Shown one piece after another: positions 1-10,531 of a stretch of 64,000 bases of DNA. The DNA lies in NCBI GenBank assembly GCA_046563655.1, contig CM102286.1, positions 7,068,001-7,132,000 of the forward strand, written 5' to 3'. Made by a program: the position numbers and the translations under genes. The stretch is from Yuukianura sp. NJ FZ-2021 (taxonomy: Eukaryota). The notes beneath the pieces are model-generated. The model was not told where the DNA came from, did not search any database, and was given only the letters and a program-made list of their open reading frames with translations. Position 1 is the stretch's first letter, and each line of letters begins with the position of its first letter.

Positions 1-286
1 GTGAACACTTTCTGCAAGTAGCCCAAGACGAAGCGGTGTGACAACAATATGGATCTTTTTTCTTCAGTTGCCTTGTTGTACATTGGTTCCTTTCTAATCT
101 ACGGCCTACTTTTACTTGATTTCAAATACTTTGAAAAATTCGACAGCTCTCTTGTGTCGCCATTCCAAAAAAGTAACGGTCTGCAGCGTCGACTACAGCA
201 AGAGACGCGGATCGTCTTCTAAGAAACGTTGAAGCAGTAAGAGTATGAGGACAGGAGTGATTGTTTTAAGTGTGATTAATTTAGCA

Positions 287-1778
287 ATGACGCTGACCTT
301 CACTGAGGAAGAGGGAAAGGCCTTGACGACGGTAATTAGCATTTGCTACCACAGCAATATTCAAGTTGTAATGAATAAATGATGCTTTGATGGTAACGGT
401 TGTTTTAATGTTGCAGCTACTTACAGAACTAGAGACGCTACATCTAGTGGAGAAACTGGAAAGTTCAGAAGACTATTTTTTGATTAGATGGCTTCGTGGT
501 AAGGCGTAAGGGCAAGCCGCAATCGCAAGGGATTATATGACTAGCTACACTATTTGTTTTGCACCTTTTAATTGAATTTTTAATTCAATGACGCCAAGCT
601 TTTATCCAAACTAAATTATATAAACTTGTTCCGTTACGATAAATCCAAATACAATGCTGGTTCACGGACATGGGTTTTAGCACAACAGAAAATTATCTGC
701 CAAATACAAAAGGTTTACCTTTCATTTTAGCCAGAAACCTTCACATAAAGAATGCAACGGAAATGCTTCAAAACGTGAGTCGTTTTGTTAAATTCATCCA
801 ACTAGTATACCAAAATTTTTTATAATATGAACTAATTAATAACAAGTTTTCTTCTAACCAAAACTAAGATTTCAAATTTCAATTGCAGTATATAACCTGG
901 AAAGAGCAAAACGAAGACTATAAGGTGGCACACAACAACAATTGGATAGCGCCTCCAATTGTAGTTAATGAATTTAAATACAAATTTACCGGGTTCGATG
1001 CCGATGGGAGGCCTGGTAAGTTAATTCACAAATGTTAAACCAAGCAATCGCAATCGTGATTATTAAAGTATAGCACAAGGCACAACACAAAATTCAGCAT
1101 TTTGCAAATTGTTCCAGTGATTTGGATGCCTGTTGCACGGTACGATATTAAAGGACTTCTGGAGCAGGGGCTGAAATCTGACATTTTTCGCTACTGTTAC
1201 CAATTAATGGACGTGATTCTACTGGAAATTGATCAGCAACGCAAGAAATGTGGTGTATTGCAATTTGTTGCAATTATTGATAGTGCTGAACTGACGATTC
1301 GGAAAATCACGCATGTGGAAAGTAAAGCATTTCTCATCTTTATCAATGTTAATGTATTTCGGAAAATTGTATCATTTCTTCCCTAGAGTATTTATTTTTT
1401 CTTGTTTTTTTTTTACGATTAGCAATCCAGTGCATGCTTCGCTTTATGAAGGAATTCGACGCTTACTATCCAGAACTCATGTACTCATGCTACGTCGTCA
1501 ATGGTAAACTGCGATATTCGACACCAAAAAGCAATACTATTTTTTTTAAATATAGGATCCCAACAGGTTTTCTTTTTCAATATGTTGCAGCTCCATGGTT
1601 ATTTAGCACCATATTCAATTTGGTTAAGCCAATCCTGTCCAGCCACACCCTAAGCAAAATTAATATTTTTGGCTCAAACGAAGAAACCTGGAAAGCAGCA
1701 CTTTTAGCTAATTTGCCAGCATCTTCAATACCCGAAGACTATGGAGGCACTGCTCCTCCAGTTCTAGTTGCTAAGTGA
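287..1778 (+). CDS. SEC14-like / CRAL-TRIO lipid-binding protein, paralogue 1 (multi-exon)
   Basis: Spliced exons from ATG 287 (MTLTFTEEEGKALT) give DYFLIRWLR-ARNL, GFDADGRP, EFDAYYPELM, APWLFSTIFNLVKPILS and IPEDYGGT, all typical SEC14-like motifs. GT-AG introns throughout. Confidence 0.9.
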
Positions 1779-2313
1779 ATTCAAAAATCTCAAAATTTTT
1801 AGTATACATGGTGAATGATGAATAAATGTTAAACCGATGGCAATATGAATGCAAAAATAAGGTACGAGATAATGATCTAGGCGTATTTCAGAAAAAAGTA
1901 TTATTCTTGCACCTTTTGAATTATAAAGTTCTCCAAACCTTCGAATTTACAAAGTGTATTGCATTGCCAGCATGGTTTTTTCTTAGAAATAAATATTTAA
2001 TAAGAGTATAGTGAATTTCATAATCAAAAACGATGTTAAATGATCAGCTAACCACCACCTCTTGCGTGACGCCACGGTAACGCTAAGCAAAAAACGTCAA
2101 CTTAAAGACTCTCCATTTCTCAAACCAATTGTAATCTAACTTGCATAAGCAAAAATACACTACCTGCTACGAACAATTCACTCTGACTATTACAAAAACT
2201 TTACTCTTATGAAATTAAGTATGTTGGAAACAAACCTGTTTGGTTTCGTTGAATCAATTTAGTCTTCTTCGAAGACGTTGTGCCTCAACTTATGGTTAGT
2301 TCTATTTGCCAAG

Positions 2314-4269
2314 ATGGCCAAGAATGAGATTGAAACTGGAGCTCTACTACGGGTATAAACTTTTGTTTCGTACAATCTTTAGGTGAAATATTAAATTTAA
2401 CTTATTTTACATTTTACAACAGTTCCGAGATGCAATTGCAACCCTAGACACTAATCATAATGTGGAATTAGAAGACCATTTTTTAATACGGTGGTTACGA
2501 GGTAACTTGAACAAAATTTTCTGATTATCAAAAAAGCTGTCCAATATTTTTGTCTGCCCTTCAGTATGTAGCCAATTACATTGAATTGAATTTTTTTAGT
2601 GTTTCCTTTTCTACAGAGTTTTTTCGGCAATGAATGTATTCATTGCTTACGTTAAAAAAAATCGAGAGAAATTTCTTTCAAGAATTCATAATAATGTAAC
2701 TAAGAACTAAACTTCTCGTAACTAAGTAACTAAGTCTTCTTCTAAGTAACTTCTACGTAACTAAGAACTAAACTAAAGCGAAAGGTTTGGCGACACAAAC
2801 CTGGTGTTAAATTCAATTATCATAAATGCTGCCTAATTTAAGCAAATTGTGTTAACATTTTTCAGCACGCAACCTGGACATCGACAAAGCGAAAGCGATG
2901 CTGCAAAAGGTTGGATATTTTTTTTTTTATAAAAAATTTAAATTTTAGACAACTTTTAATGGGTCCTGATTGTTAATGCTGGAAGTAGAACACAGAGATT
3001 TTCGGACCTCCTATTTAGTATGCGAAGCCAGCCTACACTTCAAATACATTTTCGCGATGATGAACGACTCCTGGATGGCGGAATCCCTAAAAATATTCCA
3101 ATTTCCATTACTTATTCAGCGCAGTGAAATGCTTGCTTGCATGTTTTGAAAAAAGCGTTCATTTGATACTATATGATTTGAATAGTACTTGGAATGGAGA
3201 GCAAACAGTGCAGACCTAAAATTGATCTCGAGCGGAGGTTGGACCCTACCAAAAATGATAACCGACAGAATTAAGGTGAAGATCACAGGACACGACTATG
3301 AGGGGAGACCGAGTGCGTAAATATACTCAAATATCCGTGTCACTATTATCTTTAAAGTGTGATAGTTTGGCATTTTTGTTCGATTCTAGTTGTGTGGACG
3401 GATAGTGGGCGCTGGGAACTTGGACAGATTCATGACGCCGGTTTTCGTGATGACATTTTCAGATTCGCTTACTCAACAATGGACAACTACATCTTGCACG
3501 CAGTAGAACAGCAACGAATTCGAGGAAACCCTGCTCAATTTGTTTTTGTGATGGACACATCAAATGTCACTCTCCGAAAAGCTCTCCATTTGCAAAGTTC
3601 GTTTTATTTAATGCGAAAAATTAACAATCATTATTGTGTTTTTTTAACTCTTATCAAGTTCATAGGCAAACCTGCAAAATTGAAATTCCGTTTCCCATTT
3701 CTTTGTCCAACTCTAACTTCCACGAATTTTACCAACAAACAATAACACATGATACATCGAATCTTGAACATTACGAATATTTGTTGTTATTGTAACGTTT
3801 TCAGGCGCTCAGACAAGAATGAGATTTGTACGAGAATTCGAAGCTTATTTTCCAGAATGCCTCCATTCATGTTACATTTTGAACGGTAAAAATATAAAAT
3901 ATTCCAAAAGCTACAATTATGTAAAACTAGGTTCGCAGGAAACATTGAGTTCGACGTTGTTTACTTACTTCCATTTCTTAAGACGAAAGTCAATTTGACC
4001 ACTTTCAAGGCTACAAACAGTGATTTTTTTTAAAAACCGAAGTTACCATCAATATTGTCTTTGTTTTCATTCCAGCTCATTGGGTAATCACAAATATTTA
4101 CGCCATCCTGAAGCCCTTTATTTCCGTGAATACCCAAAGGAAAGTCAATGTTTTCGGAGCAAATCAAGAAGAATGGAAAGCAGCTCTACAAACCAAATTT
4201 CCTAGAGAAGCCATACCGGAAGACTACGGTGGCACTGGCCCTTCATACTCCAAGCTATTTCATGAATGA
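2314..4269 (+). CDS. SEC14-like / CRAL-TRIO lipid-binding protein, paralogue 2 (multi-exon)
   Basis: ATG 2314; DHFLIRWLR-ARNLD, GHDYEGRP, EFEAYFPECL and IPEDYGGT; stop TGA 4267-4269. Introns fall at positions matching paralogue 1. Confidence 0.88.
2697..2776. repeat. Short degenerate (G)TAACTAAG-type tandem repeat inside a SEC14 intron
   Basis: Several copies of taactaag / aactaaac visible between 2697 and 2776. Confidence 0.5.
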
Positions 4270-4667
4270 AATGACAAACTTACTAAAATTGTTAACCTAT
4301 GAACGATTTTGAGGAGATTTGACACAAACTAAACCTTGCCCAACCAAACATATCTTAGAAAGAATTCTTTTGAATTCGCTCGCTATATTTTTTAAATAAA
4401 AAAAAATAATTTTTTTTATTTCATTCTTTGTCCCCAATGCAATGCCTGAGTGTTATTGAACCAAAAGTTGCGATTTGCGATGTTCATCAGTTTTTATAAC
4501 ACTGCATTTTCAGAGGGGTCTCATTACCTTGGACTGTCTCACCTTCCCCTGCAAAAGTTGACCACAGAATTCGGTCAAATTGGTGTAACTCCGCCATTGT
4601 TTCATATATTTAGCTGGAATTTGAAAATTAGCGTAATTTCATAGTGATCAAATGCTACAAATAGATA

Positions 4668-4759
4668 CCGTAGAAAAGTATCTGGAAGCGTGAAATCTCT
4701 GAATTTCAAATTTTTTGTTTTTCTAGTGTGTTAAATCCGTCCAGGTGAATTTTCTACGG
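4668..4759. mobile_element. Tiny MITE-like element with CCGTA termini (Tc2/pogo-type) and TA flanks
   Basis: ta|CCGTAGAAAAgtatctgga ... tccaggtgaaTTTTCTACGG|ta: 10-bp perfect terminal inverted repeat, imperfect to ~19 bp, TA on both sides, 92 bp long. Confidence 0.5.
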
Positions 4760-5126
4760 TATTTTGGAGGAGTACGGTAACATGTAGTAAATGATGTTAT
4801 GTATAAGCGATAGGTCCCCGCAAAAACAAAAAATAAAAAATATTTGGTCCAAAATTTTCGACATTTTCACATTATGGACGGTGGAATAGGCATACATGTC
4901 AAAAGCGTACACTAGCTTCCCTCCCCTAGTAACTAAATTAATTTAACTTTAAAGTGGTTTAGCTGACCTACTACCACTACTACAAACTATAAATCAATTG
5001 CAGACATAGAGTTGCTCTATTTTACCTATAAATACCTTTGAAATTTTTTTAAGCCATACAATGTATGCATGAATTTGATCTAAGGATATCTAACGTCTGC
5101 GACATTCTTACAATGTACAGGACACT

Positions 5127-6845
5127 CTACGACAGTTTGAATGTGTTGTAATTGTTGGCGGCAATTTCCTGCAGCATGGCGTAAAACTTACCAAATCCCC
5201 CAAGGTAGCAGAGTGGTTCCTTCATTTTTCCTGGAATGTTGGCACCTTGATACCATGATTCGGCCTTCGGCATCAGTGAAGCTTCCCAAACGTCAACAAG
5301 TTCCTTCTGCCATTTCTTTGTGTCCTCCTCCTTTGCTTCTGCAACAGTCAAGCCATTCTCCCGCATCTTCACCATCAACTGCACGAGCCATTGACCTTGC
5401 TGCTCAATAATTGTGACTCCATTGCCCAAAGGCGTTGGACCTTGCGGTCCATACATGAACCACAAATTTGGAAAACCGGGGGCACAGAAGCCCATAAACG
5501 TTTTGGTTCCATTGGCTAGCCATTCCTCTCTAAGGCTTTCTCCCCGTCCATTCTTGATGTCGATAGCCTTGATGCTACCAGTGAGCGAATCAAAGCCAGT
5601 AGCGAGAATAAGAATGTCCACGTCAATAACTCCCTCTTTTTCAGTTTTGACGCCATTTTCAGTTACTTCAATAATCGGAGAACTTTTGACATCAATGAGG
5701 TCTACGTTCGGTTGGTTGAAAATTTCGTAGTAGTTTGTTTCCAAGCATGGGCGTTTTGTGCCAAATGGGTGGACAGGCTTCAGCGGCGCAAGCAAGTCCT
5801 TCTTCACTGGATCGTTTATCCTCTCCCGCGTTTTTTCAGCCCAGAAGGCATATGCAATGTCGTTGGCTTCTTTGTCGTAAAACATGTCTTGGTAGTTTGC
5901 CAACCAGAACGAAAAGCCTCCGTAGTCGTACAGATATTCGTAGAATTTGCGCCGTTCGGCCTCGGTGTCATCCTTGGTGTTTTTTGGAAGAATGTCATAC
6001 ACAAATCCACACAGAGTTTTCATCGCTTGCTCATAGATGGCGGGGTATTCTTCTTTCGGGGGGAACCAAAACTTTTTGCTAGCGTCATCGCCATAGAAGC
6101 CGTTGCGAATGGGCAAAGAGTGATTGGCGGTTCGCTGATATACAGTTAGATGCTTCACGATAGGACCCACCTCTTGGATAATTTGGACTCCGGTGGCACC
6201 GGTACCAATAATAGCAACTTTCTTGTCTTTGAAGTCGATTCCAGATTTTGGCCAGTAGTAAGAATGGTACCACGGCCCTTTGAATCGGTCCAAACCTTGA
6301 AATGGCGGGACATACCTAGAATTCAAATGTTGCAAATGATAGAAAAACCTCAAACATTAAATATCAAGCACCGAAATAAATAAAATGGATTTTAAGGTAA
6401 ATGATGATGGGTACCGTGTAGTTGTTGATCCGGTACAAAGAAACAGTTGCCTGGCCAGAGTAGTTACTCCCTCTTTTGACACAACTTCCCAAAGTTTTCG
6501 GGAATCATCAAACTTGGCAGAAGTGACGAAAGTGTTGTACTGGATATCCTTACTTAAGTTTAACTTGTTGTCCAAGTATCGGAAATATTGACGCAGTTCG
6601 GCATGTCGTGGAAATCGCTCAGTCCACGGAAAATCCCAAAGGTCGCTGTCATGAAGCTGATAAATTGGGACTTCTGAATCTACTCGTGCGCCGGGGTATC
6701 GATTCCAATACCAAGTACCACCCATGTAGCTGCCACATTCGAGTACTTTGACGGTGAACCCACGCTTCCTTAATTGATGCAAAATGTAGATTCCAGAAAA
6801 TCCAGCACCCACAACGAGTGCGTCCAGTACAGTTTCGTTCGTCAT
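5127..6845 (-). CDS. Baeyer-Villiger monooxygenase (cyclohexanone/phenylacetone monooxygenase family, class B flavoprotein); 2 coding exons, intron 6316-6414
   Basis: GAGFSG FAD motif, GGTWYWNRYPGARVD, BVMO fingerprint FxGxxxHxxxWP (FKGPWYHSYYWP), GTGATG NADPH motif, GTKRP, ILATGFD, FPNLWFMYGP, SWYQGANIPGK. The two listed ORFs join through a 99-nt GT-AG intron (CG|G = Arg). Confidence 0.93.
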
Positions 6846-7149
6846 TTTGCCTAAAATAGAAAATGTGGAAAATTAAGCAAAGAAAGCTTTTAAACTAAAA
6901 TTCATTTGAAATGTTAAAAATTTTGAACTACCACAGTAATAAGAATGAGTTTTGGAAGGTAAACTTCAGCAGGCAATGTTACAAAAACAAGTGCCTTCGA
7001 AAGCCCTACGATGCTGAATTTAAGACCAGAAGACTGGAGCAATAGAAGTTGTTGTTGTTAGGTGAGAATGTGGTTGACGGTTAACCATCAAAAAGTTTTA
7101 GTCTTAATTTAGTATGCAGTTAACCTTCAATCACATCCTTAAGTGCTTC

Positions 7150-7695
7150 CATGTATTATGTGCGAAATGATTTGGTCGCAAGTAATAAAGCCGCATGTGA
7201 AAAGGCCGAAAAGTGAATTTATTGGAAGTAAATGGTCGAAACATGAACGGTTGAAAAATGAAAAAGCCATTCTGGAATTTCGAAGTTTTAAAATTTTTAG
7301 AATGCATAACCATTATTGTTATTATATTTAAATAACTTAACGCGGAGACTTATAGAAATTCTTATTGTAAATTACAATCTCAATTAACCAATCTTACGGA
7401 GGTGTGAGCGCCAAAAACGTGGAGTCAGATTGGCAATTTACGCCAAGGCATTGATACAAAAAAAAAATTAATAATAACAAATATTAACTCCCTCTTTCCA
7501 TTTTTTCATATTTGGACCATATTTGGATTTCCTGTTGCTACTATTTTACTTATGATCAATTTACCTTTCGACCTTTTATATTTCGATTTTTTACATTGCG
7601 ACCATTTCACTTGCGATCTTTTTAATTCCAACCTTATTAGCTGCGACCTGTATTTACTTCCGACCAAATTATTTCGACCATATATTACCTGCTAC
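7150..7695. mobile_element. Degenerate foldback/MITE-like element with internally repeated inverted arms
   Basis: Left arm has repeated (t)ggtcg(a/c)aa units (cgaaatgatttggtcgcaagtaa). The right arm has their reverse complement (ttacttccgaccaaattatttcg). Unit spacing about 15 bp; ends not precisely definable. Confidence 0.5.
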
Positions 7696-9272
7696 GCCTT
7701 AGAATAAGACTGAAACTTGTTTTGTGCAGATTTGTAACTATATTTACATTCTCTATTATTATCTTAAGGTTGTTCTTGCGAATAAAAACTCCAGTATAAT
7801 CATGGAGGGTAAAGTCAATTTATTCGAGGATGTTGTGCAAAACTTGTTCGAAATGAAAGAAAACCAAACGTCCGTCCTTCAAAACCCCCAATGAAGTGGG
7901 GCATATAATCCTCATAAATTCTAGCCAGATTACACCACATTACTTCATATAAGTAAAAATTAGTCGTAAAATTTCGACAAAAGTGACGGACTAAGAATAA
8001 TTTAGAGTGCCATATGGGATGTCCAATTATAATGAATGACAATCGGGAAATATAATTATATGTTAATACGGTTTAGTTTTTAGCAAGTATGTCGTATGTT
8101 TAATAGATACCTAGGTTGTATTTTTTACAAATTTAGTACTCATGAAAAAAACACAGTTCCCCACTGAAATCAGTATCCATACGTGAAGTGTTTTTCGAAA
8201 TTTATAGTACCGAGAAAAAATGTGACAGATTACAGCAAGTCTTTCTTTTCAAAGCGTGTCGCTTTTCCTTGTTCATAGTTAAAACGTATTCGTTGAGTTT
8301 GGTGAATAAACAAAGTAAAAACTATGCCTTTTCACAAATTTTTGTTAAGTACGAAAGCTACTTTGTAATCTTTTATCGAGTTCCTGTTCCTGTGTATGTG
8401 TTTATCTTAACCCGAAACCCGAAGCATACTTCTGTAATTCAAATTCCTTGTGAGTGTGACCCCTTTCGAGGAAAATGATTTTTTTTTTTTGGCTTCAAGC
8501 CCTTTCTACGGCCTTCGAGCCCTAATGGAAAGTAACTGTTAATAATAACAACAATAATAATAAATTAACACCGACATGTCACCGACGGACCAAATCTGTT
8601 TTCCTCTTCGGTGTTCTCCCGTCAATGAGGGAAACTTTGTGTTCAAAAATTATTATATTCGCATTCAAAGTAGTAGATATTTTTTGATTTTTTTTTTGCC
8701 AAAATTTCACATTCACAAGTTCTATTACCGCTTACCGAAGCTAACATTGTAATAAATTTATTCATCGTTTCTTGCCTTTTTCACAAAATATGGACGATTC
8801 CTTCGTCAAATGACACTGCTGCCTAGTTTAAGAAACTCATTAACTAATTAATTAAAACGAGTTCAATCAAGCATTAATCTGGTTTTAGCAATGAACTTGA
8901 ACTTGAACAATAAAGTTTTCTCTTTATTGAGCCAAAACTATTCCCTCCCACAAAATTCACTACAAAAGGATCATACAAAAGCCTAAACCGTTTTAATTAC
9001 ACCCAGTTTAGTTCACTCTTCGACCAAATTAAATTAGGCTTTAATTAAATTTTGACCAATTTAAATTTTTTTAATTGGCGATTCAATGAGGTGCACGGGT
9101 TAATACTTTCATTTAAATTCCAAAATTTTGCACTTTTGTTTAATCAGTAGCAGAATAGCCAGCACAAACACACGGTAAGTTTGATTTTAAATCATAACAT
9201 TCGAAAAATAATAAAAATACTTGTTTTTGACATCGAAAACTTATTTTTTTTTAGCAAATTCGTAACGACATT

Positions 9273-9791
9273 ATGGTTCGGCTTTTGATCCTTTGTCTCC
9301 TTGGAGTTGCTTCGATTGAGGCAGCGTTTGACCGTGACTGCGAAGGGAGTCACTGTAAATTTCGACCGAGTGGGCAAGATGGCCAGGCGTGGTTGGCTTG
9401 TACTCCCGACGGTAAGAAGTGCGCATGCGACCGTTACCGCTACATCATGGACGTTCCATCTTGGAGTTTAGAAGTCAACAACGGAGAATGCCAGATTGCC
9501 AACAGTGGACCCTGTGGAGAAGACAGAGGACTTCAGATCGGATGTCAAGGGGGCAGCACTTGTGTCCAAGGGCGATGTCGCCGAAGTAGCGACCTTGGCC
9601 AAGGACAACTCTACAGCTCATGCCACGATGACCTCGACTGTATCTCCACGCTTCGTTGCAAAGTTGTTGGGTTCTACTACCACCAGCTAAAGGGCTGCAT
9701 TGCCCCCGAAACTGCTCCATACGACCCGGCCAAATATGGATTTGGGCACATGCGAAACAACCCGGGAGTGCCACCGCCCCCGAGAAATTAG
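9273..9791 (+). CDS. Secreted cysteine-rich protein (172 aa, 14 Cys in mature part, Pro-rich tail)
   Basis: Signal peptide MVRLLILCLLGVASIEA, even number of Cys, GC-richer codons than flanks, 5'UTR intron (gtaagt ~9175 to ag ~9254). Confidence 0.8.
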   Translation: MVRLLILCLLGVASIEAAFDRDCEGSHCKFRPSGQDGQAWLACTPDGKKCACDRYRYIMDVPSWSLEVNNGECQIANSGPCGEDRGLQIGCQGGSTCVQGRCRRSSDLGQGQLYSSCHDDLDCISTLRCKVVGFYYHQLKGCIAPETAPYDPAKYGFGHMRNNPGVPPPPRN

Positions 9792-10152
9792 GGCAGCAGA
9801 GCCCCACCGTCATCGTCACGGTCTTAATTACGACACATGCTGTTTGTAATCCATGCAGAAATTGTGAAATAAAAAATTCGCGGCGGTGATAATTCCTATT
9901 TGCTTAGTTTTTCCGTTAACAGCAGGTTGAAAAAAATTGTGAGTTGCGGTAAAGTATTTTTTAAAAAAAATCTAACTTTGCTGTGTGTAAACCGTTCAAT
10001 TTTTATTAAGTACAAAAGTTAATTATAATGTAACGCGGTAATTGAAGAACAGGGATAATTGGTTAGTGGCTACGGTTGTAATTTTGGCTAAGAAAAAAAA
10101 AGCTTTGGTTATCTCTGATTGATTAATTTGATTCGTTTTCCTTGTGGTGCGT

Positions 10153-10158
10153 TATAAA
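10153..10158 (+). promoter_or_regulatory. TATA box of the small secreted peptide gene
   Basis: TATAAA about 85 bp upstream of ATG 10239; AATAAA at 10652 downstream of the stop. Confidence 0.5.
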
Positions 10159-10238
10159 GGTGGCTGTGCGTGTGGTGTGCAGAGTTTGTTTCAATTTCTG
10201 AATAATATAGTTTGTGAGGAAGCAATTATTCTTGAAAG

Positions 10239-10531
10239 ATGAAGTCACTTGCTATTATGGCCTTGACGGTATTGGTAGTGCTGTGTGCACAACACTGTAC
10301 CACTTCCGAAATCCCACTGTTCCAACACCACGTTGTAAGAAATGAATATCTACTTATAGTGTTTAATTTTTTAGAATTTGCTTACTTTGTCTAAAATGAC
10401 TTTGTTTGTAGGCTGAACGAGGGATCAGTTACTTTCGATCTAAGCCGGGATGTGAGAGGCACTGCGCAGATCCATGCTCATTCATGAGCAACGCTATGGT
10501 CTTCAGCTGCGCCAACCCCAAGAAATTTTGA
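10239..10531 (+). CDS. Small secreted 4-Cys peptide, 71 aa (exons 10239-10334, 10412-10531); not in ORF track
   Basis: MKSLAIMALTVLVVLCAQHCTTSEIPLFQHHV|AERGISYFRSKPGCERHCADPCSFMSNAMVFSCANPKKF*; phase-0 GT-AG intron, TATA box and polyA signal. Confidence 0.75.

Noticed and set aside
6316..6414. BVMO apparently split into two ORFs (pseudogene or frameshift)
   Set aside because: A 99-nt GT-AG intron joins the two parts in frame.
5141..6591. Several plus-strand ORFs overlapping the BVMO
   Set aside because: Antisense shadows with no recognisable motifs.
5127..6845. Bacterial contamination as the source of the BVMO
   Set aside because: It has a spliceosomal intron and is contiguous with animal genes and AT-rich intergenic DNA.
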